The position numbers and the translations under genes are program-made. Below the pieces are notes generated by a model that was given only the letters and a program-made list of their open reading frames with translations, was not told the DNA's origin and made no database searches. Shown here one piece after another: positions 35,401 to 47,400 of a DNA stretch of 64,000 nucleotides (positions within the stretch are counted from its first letter, which is position 1; each line of letters begins with the position of its first letter). Source of the stretch: Squalus acanthias (taxonomy: Eukaryota); assembly GCA_030390025.1 (NCBI GenBank), contig CM059444.1, positions 41,106,001-41,170,000 on the forward strand. Direction: 5' to 3'.

Positions 35401-38400
35401 TCTCCTCCTCCTCTTTCTCTCTCCCCCCCTCCCCCAACAAAAAAAAGTCACATGCCCAAGGCGCTCAACCTGTTTCTCAAGCTGCAGTTATACCATAGTG
35501 GACTCCTGAGTACTTTTCAAATACTTACTCACACTGGCTGGAGTTATACTGCACTCAATGCAAACTCAAACGGTTATGAGATGACCTCCTTGGCTTTAAT
35601 GTGCTCAGGAATCAGATTAGAACTATACCCCTGAGTTAACTGTCACTTCCGTGTAGATACACATTCAAAAGCACTTTGCATCAATGCAAAATTGGCCGTC
35701 TAACTGCAGCATTAACTTGAATTCCGCTTGACCTTGGGGAAAACTCTGGCTCACTGACTGCTGTTTTCTGCTGACATAAATACAAATATAAAGAATGTGC
35801 TAAGTATAGACAGAAGCATAAATTCTGGAGAAATTAGTACTTAATTCTGCTTGTGGAAGTTAACTGTAAACACGTGAAAGCACATCATATTAACTGACAG
35901 ACTATTTAGAATGTTATGTGAAAATAATAGGATGTGGGTTCCCAACTGCAGTTTTCCCATACTGAGTTTAGAACCTTGGCTGTGATATCTGGTGTAAACG
36001 CAGAGTGGGATATGCAATTCTGTTCAAGGAGATCAGAGGAAAAATCTGACTGGGTCATACGCACCCTTCAAAAAAAAACTTGACAGCAAATTGACAGAGG
36101 TAGAAGAGGTCTCTAAATCTAAATGGTGACTAAGAAGTATGGTACCTTATACTTAATTAGAGAAGCAACACAAATGATTAATTTGCTACAGTTTGAACCA
36201 AACTACAATACACTATTGGACCAATTGTCATTAGTGCCGTATATGAGGGTCTGCTATTAAATTTTGCATATCTGTGCATGTACGTAGCTGTTCAAACAAA
36301 AATCTACTTTGTTTTGTAGGCATTGTATCAGTGTATTTACTTTGAGCATTGTGACTTTTTTTGCTTGAAATTGCATTGCCTTTTATTTCTTAAAAAAAAA
36401 CGCTAGATTTTCCTGCTGCAATGATCAAAATCTCTAAGCCTATAACTGCTGGGCAGCAGCAGGGCAAATATGCATCGGGTTGAACCAAGAACATGGCTAG
36501 TCCAATGGGAGCTCTTCTCGTCTCCAGGACTTCTGTCCAGAAGGACTGGAGGCTGGTACTTGATCAGAATGTGTGCAGGAGTGTACCCTTGTGTCAACAG
36601 TTCTCCAGCACTTCACTTCATTGGCTATAAAGCCCTTTGGAAAGTCCTGAGTCATAAAAGGTGCTATATAAAATTGTCAGGGTGAAGTATGTGCAGTGGA
36701 GGATTCTTCTGCAGGTGAATGTTGTAAGGGTTAATCTCTGAGCCTTCTTTCAGTCTTCCCCTGGGAGTGAGTGAATTCCCCTGTTGTGCAATATCACAAC
36801 GCCTCTCATCACAATGTGGACAAAATACCAGTGAGATATCTGCCAATCAGAGCATGGACTTATTTTATGAGGCTAGGAAACATCAGAAAATATGGGTACC
36901 TTTACTGCGGATAGATGATGCATTCACAGCTGGAGTCAGACCTGGGCTGACAGCTAAAGAGACAGGCTCCAGGTTCCACTCAACACTTGTAGTCAACTGC
37001 TACTGTCTTAGCCCAGTGCCTGGTGAAATCCCCTCCCACGTTGTTTATCCCTAGCCTAGGAATATCCTTGGCCTTGTCACTAAGTATTCCCAAATAAACG
37101 AATAGAACTGTGTAACTATAAACGACCCTCAGTCTCAGATGCCGACATTATCATGGAATCTATAATGGCCCAGAAATTAATGACGGAGCCTTCGTGCGGG
37201 GGTAAGGCTTCCCCGCGATATCTCACTGCGCGCCTGCCTTTTCATTCCGAGCTCGCACGAACTTGATTTTCTAGACCGCAGCTGTGCAGTGCTTCCGTAT
37301 CCCACAGGCGCAGTTAATTCGTGCGAGCTGTGGGATCACGTGATTCAGTTAGAGCCAATGGCAGCATACCATCTTTCATTCATAGTTTTCACAGCAAGTG
37401 CTGTGAAAGCTATGAATCTATACCCCCTCAAAACAACAGCTAAACCTCAATTAAATTTTTTTTTAAACCCATCACATTAATAAAATAAGTATAGTTAAAT
37501 AAATTAACCACTTTAAACAAAAAATTAAATTTTTGAAAAAATTTAAAATCTTTTAAAAAGTTATAAAAATAAACTTACCTTTCTTTAAAGTCTCTAAAAA
37601 AAGATATACCTGTTGAAAAAAATTCAAAATAATACTTAATTAACTATTTACCTTGTTAAAAGAGGGTCTTACGCCTCCTTTCTTTATGTGCAAAATCTTC
37701 CATGCTTACCTGCGCGTTCAAAGCACTAAGTGCACTGCGTGCGCGCAGCCTGTAGCGCGCACGCGGTTCACCTAGGAACCGCCCCCTTTTGAAATCACCA
37801 AGTGCCGGTTTTCAGCGCATGCGCAGTGCATGCAGAAAACCGGCAATTGGAGACAGAATACGCGAGAGTACACAGTGCGTACTCTCGCGTAGAGACACTA
37901 ATTTTTGGGCCAATGTAGAGTGTAATGTAATGTATTTAACTGAGAAAACATGTAAACATTGAGATACACAATAAGTTGGGGGAAAGGATTTAAAATGTGA
38001 CAATCTAATTTCATAATTAACCTGTACACTGCTGTCAGATCCAAGGAAATTGGATGATTCTTTTTTCATTGGCCAAGCACATTTTTAAGTTTCTACCTTG
38101 ATCTTACATAATAAACCTTCTCGAGCGTAATATGGCCCTAAACTACAAAAATAAAACTTTTTTAACTGAAAAATTTAAAACACTAATTCTGCTTGCCCTT
38201 CTGTCCTTTTCTTTCCATTCTCTGTTCAATTTTTACCTTTCCCCATCTTAATCTAACCGATCCTTTTTTACTTGTGTTCTACAAAACTTTTAAACTTCTT
38301 AGCTCTTTTCTTTTGTCGTCTGAATACCATTCTCTGTTTTGAAGATGGGAGAGAGTCTGTCTTTACATGTGAAAATGGAAAGGGACTGCCAATAGGCAAA

Positions 38401-41400
38401 TAAATTCGCTGTTTGCCCAAACTGGACAACCAAACTTGCCTGACTCACTAAGGGTTAGTGCATTCTGGCTCAGTTAAAATTGAAAATTTCCCAAGCCTTC
38501 ACTTCCCTGGCCTCTCCAGATTAAACTGTACCTTTTTCAAAGACTTCAGATGCTTGCCAGCATTTAAAAAATACACATATTTAAAACCAGAAAGTTTGAA
38601 AATATATAAGCATCTTAAAATATACTTGTGATATTATCTGCTGGTTGTAAAGTTGTGATTGTATTAAAATATTGATTTGAATGCAGCTTTTACAATTTGA
38701 AGTGATTTATAATTAGCAAAACACTTAAATTGCAAAAATGAACCTGTTTATTTCAGTGTTATAGAAGAACCCTTGATAGTAAATTATGACGGTAACCATG
38801 TTTATCTCCAGCTGTTCTGTTTCAAATGCAAATTAAACTGGCAATGTTTTTTTTCAGCAAAATATATCAAATGACATTATGCCTGACTTTTGAGTAAATA
38901 GTTTTAATCTTATCCTGCAATAAATTTGCTAACTTTTATATCAGTAACAAATAAACAAATTTCTCACAAGCCTTAGGGAATATTTTCTTCTCTCTGCATT
39001 GGATGCAAGTTCTACTGTGGTAGATGTGGTAAAAATAGCCTCTGTTACCTGAAGTTCTTCTAGCATTCAGATCCAGGGGAATCACAGTTATTTAGACCAT
39101 CATGCTAACATTTTCACCAACTTTAAGTTTAATTACATAAAAGCTTCTTTGCTAGTTTTTCAGGACAAAAATGTTCTCTACAGCTTGTTTTGAAAAATCC
39201 AAACATCAAGGTTAAGTAGGTTTTGAGGTAGAAGCCTATGGACCATAGCAATCCAGGCTTTGAAGCATTATGCTTTGGGTTTTAATGTTTCCATCCTTGG
39301 TTATCCTGTTGGTTATACCTAGTTTTTAATGGGCAAACAAGGTTGCTGTTTTGACAAGCACAGTTTAATGGCTATAGTTGCAGTTTGTGCTAATTAAAAT
39401 ATTGTCATGCTACCTAACACTAATGTGCTATCATTTTATAATCTCCACAGCGATTTATTTGCTCTGATGTCCTAGAGGATATTATGAATACTCGAGCAAA
39501 GCAATATTGAGCCAGTTTTGAAGTGACGTTTAGTGTGCATTTCCAACTTACTGAAATAATTAAAATAAAATTTGAATTTACCTTTTCATATCACTGAATA
39601 TTGTGTATAGTAGTACCATTCAGTACTTTGTTACGATCATAAATGTCTGCTATGATCTAGTGCCTAATGTTGAATAAAGCTGTAGTCTCTGAACAGATAT
39701 TGCTATAACTCTAACAATGCAGTAGTTCAGCAATACAGTGCATTGGTGTATGAACACAAGGCACCACAGAACTGTAAGATATAGATTTGCAGCTGATATT
39801 TTCCACATGGCAAGTTTGTGATATTGGAGCTTTCAGATTTTCCAGGCTTAAGTGAGATACTGTGCACAAAATAACCGTCAATTTGGGCTACTCTTGGTCG
39901 CTTTTGACCATTTGGAGTCTCATCGACCAAAGGTGTCTGTCTGCTTGTGTCCTAAGGCAGGAAATGGTGCATAGCATTGGGAGAGGTGAGGAACAACTTC
40001 TAAATCGTATTCAAAAACCATGCTAACTGCTAGGAATAATGTGACTAATAAAATTATACAATAATATTTTAGTAAAGCTATAAATATTGCCAGTTGATAA
40101 ATGTTTGGGATCATGTAGTGTAATAAATATTGATTAAGAAGTGTTTACAAATGAGTTGAATAATTCACCATTATGGGTGCAAGGTCTGGGCAATGTAGTT
40201 TTGCATCATATGACAGAAAGGAGATGTTTGGGACAAGTTACTAAAAATGCATCTTTTTCCAATATTTTCAAAGAAATAAAAACTTGCATTTATATAATGC
40301 CTTTCATGACATCCCAAAGCAATTCACAGCCAATGAATTACTTTTGAACTATAGTCACTCTTATTTTGTAAGCGCATGTGGCAGCCAGCAAGGTCCCACA
40401 AACTGCAATGAGGCAGATGACCAGGTAATCTCTATTAGTGGTGTTGGTTGAGGGATAAATGTTGGCCAGGACACCAGGAGAATTCCCATGCCGTAGGATC
40501 TTTTATGTATATTTGAACAGGCACACAGGATCTTGGTTTAATGTCTCATCTGAAAGCTGGCACCTCTGACAATGCAGCACTCTCTCCTATCTAGAGTAGG
40601 GCTTGAATCCAGAACCTTCTGAGTCAGCCTCAGCATGATACCACTGAACCACACTGACAATTTCACAACCCGTATGTTAATTAAGTGTGCATTGGACAAT
40701 AAAATGTGTCTTCAAACCATTGCAGAAGGAAAGCAACAAATGTGTAGTTCTTTTTCAGAATAACCTGAGGATTATTCTGTTCAAGGAAATAATGGGCATT
40801 AGATGAAGGAACCAAATACAGTACAAATGTGTTTCTAAATGTTTCAAATCCTGTTTTGTGACATTGATGGAATGAAACATTTACAAACTAGTTCTGTATT
40901 TACAAGTTCACTAAAATCTTTGTAATCATACAGTGGTATAAAAGCTTTTCATTTTAACTAATGTTGTAAGCATTGCTTACATTCTGAAATAGCTCTACGT
41001 TTAGTTGTATATGAGGGAGCAGATTACAGACTTATTAAACATGAAGCACTGATTTACAGCAGATCTTTAAGGGAAGTTATGTGTTCAGTAAATTTTCGGT
41101 AACCATTTTCCTTAGTGAAAATCTTGTTAATATGAAAATTAAATTTGTTATTTTTTTTTCTTCCTCCATTACATCTGTTTGCACATGATCGATTTTCTTT
41201 TAACTAAAATTCTTTCATAGTTGTATTAGTAGTAAAAAAAAGCTGTGGATGCTATATCCACCCAGCTAAATTATTTACGATTTCGAGTCACTGCTGTATG
41301 TACTTTACTAGTGTCTTGTTTTTTTCCCCTTTATATTCATTCGCAGGCTGGACGGTTTTCCACCAAACGTCTGAGAGAGTGACCTATAAATCTAGTAGCA

Positions 41401-44400
41401 AACCTCGTACCAGATTCCTCAGTGGACCTGTGTCTTTGTCCATCTGTTTGTATTTGTTCTTTTGTATTTAAACTAATCATCCCATCTTCTTCTCTTGCTA
41501 TCTCTCTCCATTTTATATTTCTGCAGGAAGCCTGCTTTTTAGCCTTTTTTTAGTTTATTGGTTATCATAATTGCACATTTTCATTTCACATACAAATGCT
41601 TTAGTGCACTGCTTTTGGCTCATCACTAAATACTAAAGGCATATGTGGAAGAGCTCATCTTCTGTATATAAAAAAAAATGCTATCATGTAAAGTTTACAC
41701 AGAAAATTTACCGAGTGTACCAAAGCTTTTGTATTTTAGTGTAATTTGTTTTTAAGTAATTTTTTAATTTTCTCAAAATATGACAAATATACAAGTCTAC
41801 TCCCCTAGCGTCTCATTTCACCAAAAATGGGGAACTCAGAGCTCCTGTAGAAGACTGGTCTCTTTCACACATGTTTCGACAATGAAGACTTGCATGTAAC
41901 AAGCTGGATACTTAGCAGTGTATCTCCTTGATGCAATACTAGGAAGGTCACTGGAGGCTACAACTCCTATTTAAGGACTGTGTTGAATATTTTAATATTT
42001 TTACACCGTTGTATCTTTGAGATGTCTGCATGTGAATAATGCTGATAGATCAGTGCTCCAGTTAGTGTTCAGTAGAATTGTCTAACATGGTTTTCAATAA
42101 GCTTTGTGCAGCTACATTCATTTGAATATTTTCTACTCTCATTTATCACATTTGTAACCACTCCTCCATTTTCCTACTAGTTTATTAACTGTTAAGTAAC
42201 AGATATTTAGGATGCTCTAATTGGTGTTTTCTGGGTTATAATCATTTTTGTACCAGATATACTTTACTATGAAAATCCTGGCTGGAGCACTAGAATTGAT
42301 CCATTCTGTTATGCTGTTGTGTAAATTGCCGCAGTATTTGTGATGTAGTTTGTTTAAACACTGCCTTAAAAAACCCTAGTATCCTCCTACATAAAATCTG
42401 CTTTTAATTTTTAAGGTGACTTTATTTAGAACAAAACTTTGTGCTCTCAGTGATGCTTGAAAGCCAAGACTTTGGAAACATGTTTCTATTCTACTCTGAA
42501 ACATCACTAGTATGTAAAGACTTGTGCAGATATATGGTAAGGGTTATTGTTTTATTCTGCAGAGGCTACAGTCAGGGGTATCCACCCTGTGGCTCCCAAC
42601 ACCAACCTTGGCCAACAATTACAGGGTGAGGAGCAAAGACTACATGCAATCCCCTCCTGAAATCACACTGGCAGATGAGCTGTTTTTTGCCAGCTCTCTC
42701 ATGCTTAGGCACCCACCTGATTTCTCTGCAACCCTGCTGGCTGCATATCAAACTATTTGTTGGAAGTCCCATCTGTGAAATTGACGAGTAGAGTTTATAC
42801 AAAGGGCTGATTGGTCTTCGTCAGCCACTTGTAGGAAGCCATCGCAAGTAATTAAAGAGCTGCAGTTTAACAATCTTCACAAGTAGAGTACCGTTCTTCT
42901 CAGATTGGCAAATTATTTAGAATGGGGAATATCTCTTCCAATTAATTTATTGAGCAGTTGCAAAGTATTCGTGCACAAAGCTCCTACAGAATAGTAAGCC
43001 TGTAATTCCTCAAGGAGACGGTAACAATATACAGGAAACTCTTTGGTATCCGGCACCTACAGGACCGGGATGGTGCTGGTTTATTAAAAATTCCGGATAA
43101 CGGAGATGTATACCTACCAAGGTACGAGAGCCCCGCTACACGACCACAAGTGCAGGAGTCCCGGTTACACGGCCACAGGTGCAGGAACCCTGGTTACATG
43201 GCCACTAATATACAGTAAAACTTACCTGAACCTACTCCTGAATTTTGCCGGTTAATAGAGAATTCCGGATATTTAGGTGTCGTTTAAACGAGAGTTTCCT
43301 GTATATTTGTCTAGCTATATCCCTACTAGCATTCTTTCCAGCCTTGTAATTATTTTTCCATATTTACTGATTTGACAATTGGCTAAATGTATCACGAATT
43401 TTGTACAAGATATAAATGGCAATCCATAAGCTGCACTCTGAGCACATAAGTTTTATACCCCATTTTGTGCACCACAATTTGTACAGTTTTTTACTTAGAA
43501 TAAAAAAGTATCTTTCTTTCATGAATTTCTTTCAAAAAATGCAGTCTATCTGTGTGCTGGTTTTGAAATATATAAAGGTATATTGTCCTGATCAGGTACT
43601 GAAGGCCATTGAGGTTTTTATTTTTAAGGAAGAAATGTCCAGGAAATATTTTGGAATTACTAAGTTAGACCAGAAGTCGACTTTTTTATTAAACTAATCT
43701 ATTTTGGATTTTAGTAAAGAAGGCTTTGAATGGTGTGTGTTTATGAATTATGGTTTTCATTGTGGATTTTTCTTGCCAATGTAAGTACTTTTATTTAGAT
43801 CAAGAGTGCATGAGGAATATTTTTCTAAAGAAATCCTGTAATAAAACATCCACTTCAGAGCAGTTACAACTTACTATGTGAAATTCTGCTGTGATATTGG
43901 TGACGAATGCACTAATGCATTCATATGAAATTCCTTTATTATTTTAGAGAATATGTTAATTCATTTATTTAAACAATACTTATATTAATTTTACACAGTA
44001 TATGTTCAACCCATCAGTGTCGCAAGATTGTTACCATCAAAACTGAGCTAGTAATATGCCTGGACACTGCAACCTGATTAGTGTCACTATTATCTTATGA
44101 GGTAACAGATGAAAAGAGACCATTTAATACACTTAAAGCAAAATACTGCAGATGCAGGAAATCTCAAATAAAACTGGAAATGCTGGTAACATTCTGGTCA
44201 GGCAGCATAGCTGGCGAGAGGAATATAGGGTTAACGTTTTAGGTTTTATGACCCTTTATTAGAACCCTCATGACACTTCTGTCATTCTGACAAAGGGTCA
44301 TAACACCTGAAATGTTAACCCTACCTTCCCCTCTCCACAGATGCTGCCTGATCTACTGAATGTTTCCTGCATTTTTTTGTTTTTATTTGTTTATCTTGAT

Positions 44401-47400
44401 TGCATAATTTCACCTAAGTATCTTAACTGTAATCTTTGCATTGTTTTTCATTTGTTTCTGTTTCATGTGAAGAAAAATGTAAATATGCTAACTGCTAGGA
44501 GGGTGGTGTACTGCTATTAAAAACAAATGATTTGCACTGTCTGGCTCACCACTGAAGTCCAGGGGTGTTGGATATTGAATCCAGCACATCTGCATTGTCA
44601 TATCATTTTTAGGCACCAAAGCACTCTAAGCCTGAGTGCAAGAGCCTGTGATAGCCTCACCCATCTTGGGACAGCTATTGGAAAATAATTAACTGACACA
44701 GGTAAGCTTTTTAAATTAATTTTCAGTGTCAGGTATTTGCAGTTACAAGAGGAATGTTCCTATTCGTATGAGCCTTTATTGAAATATTCCCTTAAGGTTG
44801 AATAATTTAAAACAATCCTCTTTAACACATTAGTTCAACCAGTAGTTTGGCTGTGTGCACAATAGATATGAAAGATGCACACTTCCCAGAAAGATGTATA
44901 TCATTACTTTGCAGTATGCTGATATTACCAGTTAAAAGTAAGAGTGTTTTCCTTCAGGATTTCTACCGGCCACACAATGTTTTGTGATGGTACTGTATTT
45001 CAGCTATCCATAACTATGTCTGTGTTGGTATTTGGCTAGCTTTACACACTGTTCAACATAATTGAACAGAAATCTGCCTTAAGATGGTCATGGGTGTACT
45101 AGTGAAATGCTCCAAATCATATTTGATATTCCTTCAGGATCTTTTATTCATAGTAGCCAGATGAAACCAGGCTAGGGGTCTCTCTACATACACCTATATT
45201 CTCACCATCTGGAGACCAACAGGGATTTTCATCATAGACTGCTGTCTGCAAGAAATTGAAATACTCCAACTCCCCATAGTAATGTTCGACCAGCGTGTGA
45301 AGTGCATGATGTTCAGCTGAATCTCGTGGTACAATTTTTCCTGATATCCAGTCACTTTGGTTTCCTGCAAAACTCAACAGAAGAACAGTAGGGAATGAAA
45401 ATTATCTTTGACTCTAATGTTAATCACTCTATTCGGACAGAGTATAGACTGAGATGATCACTTTGGGGTTTCATTTGATCTGTGCATTGGAACTAGCACA
45501 TGCGATAAATATGTATTAAAGAGCAGTAATTTTGTGCATTCGCATTAACCAAGTATTGACAAATTTACTCTGGGTTTACTTCATTCCCACATTGTTAAAT
45601 GCTCTCATTTAAAGCTGACAGATTTATCTGATACAGTTACAATGGTAAGCAGAATGGGTGATTTTATCCAAGGGATTTTACCCTCCTCCTCTTCTAATAG
45701 TTCACTGAACTTATCTAACATTACTAAATACATAGGGCATTGAAGAGCAGCAGTAGATCATGGCCATGGAATCTCCGTCGTAGGTAGCAGATGCAGGACT
45801 TGCTACTAGCCAGTGCAGAGTGCATGTCATAGCAGGTCACCTACCTGGACCACAGCTAAGAGCAGTATGTTGGGATGAAATTGAGGAAGGGGCGATCGAT
45901 AGCTCCGAAAGCTTGTGATTTCAAATAAAACTGTTGGACTATAACCTGGTGTTGTGCGACCTCTCAATTTTGTCCACCCCAGTCCAACACCGGCATCTCC
46001 GCATCATGAAATTCCCTGACAGGGATTTGATGTCAGACCACTGTCAGCTGATGGAACAAGATCTTCAGCTACAGAGTAATTTCTAGATGGCACTCTTGAG
46101 TGAAAGTGATCACGCTCTGCTTCTATGCCGCAGGTGCCAACAAGAGACATCACTTGGATCAGCAAGTTTGCAGTCCACTGTTACGTCACTAAAATGTCAG
46201 ATTCCCTTTTCTGATACAAAGCAGCATGCTTCAAATTCAGTAACGGCATGTAACACTAGCTGGTGAGAAGAACCCAATTGTATGAATCATGTAGCATCCC
46301 TTGAGTAAAATACACCATTGATTATACCCACATTGCCATTTGGGTATGTGCAGGCAGTGCCCTTCCCTTTTTTTTCAACAAAATTCAGATACTGTATGAC
46401 AACCAACAAAACATTTAAATGAATGCTCATTTTCCTGGGAGTGTTAATGGCATCACAAGGAAATCATCGATTCCATTCGTGTCTGGAAAGGAAGACAGAA
46501 TGCAAAGTTAGTTTCCAAGAGACTCTAAATGTGACTGACACTTCTGTCAAACCCTCAGATTTCATCTCTTCTCTTTCTTCCCCGCCCACCCCCAAGAAAA
46601 GGCCTACAATGCAAGGCAGGAATATAATAGAGAAAACCTTTAGCTACTGACAACAGTATTTTCAGTGTTTGGATTACTTTACTGCCTTGTATGAGCTGGA
46701 GTGAATTGACAAAATTATTGTAGTGTGTTGCAAGTTGCACAATATTGCCATTGAAAGAGGCGATATGATTGCTTAGGAAGAGCTGTAGCAAAGCAAGCTG
46801 CAGGAAAAGAATGAGGACACCATGGATCCCTGCAGCACTCAAGCGCGTACCCTGAGCAGCACAGGTGTGATTAGCACTGATGAGTTATTTTGTTCCCTGG
46901 AGATCTGCACATAGCTCTTTCTGCAAACAGGACATGATGCATAACTTTCACACTTTAAATTAAGTTGCCTGGTTTTTTTTGGAGGGTGGACAAAATACTG
47001 AGTGATCCTCATTGTTACGTGTAAAAATTTTTTACATTACAAATACTGACAGTCTTTCAATATTTGCTACTCATCTAAAAGTGCAACATATGCAATATGA
47101 TTAAAGTGATGTGGCACTGTGCTGTGCCTTTGTTCTTCGTGATGCTTGCCCCATATTTTCTCATGTTACTCCTAAATGATGCCCTATTGAAAAGATTAAG
47201 TGTGGAGATTCTCGGAGAGGTTTTCTGAGGACCTGCTTGCAGTTCTACTGACTGTCTACCTAGAAAGCCAATCCTATTCTGAGTGTGGAAACCTGCATTC
47301 TTTGGGTTGTTTCTCTTGTCGCTTGCCCAGAGGGAAAGGACAGGCCGTGATATGAGAACTACTTGGTTGTTCTCATACTGTTATTGACTGTAGAAATGAA

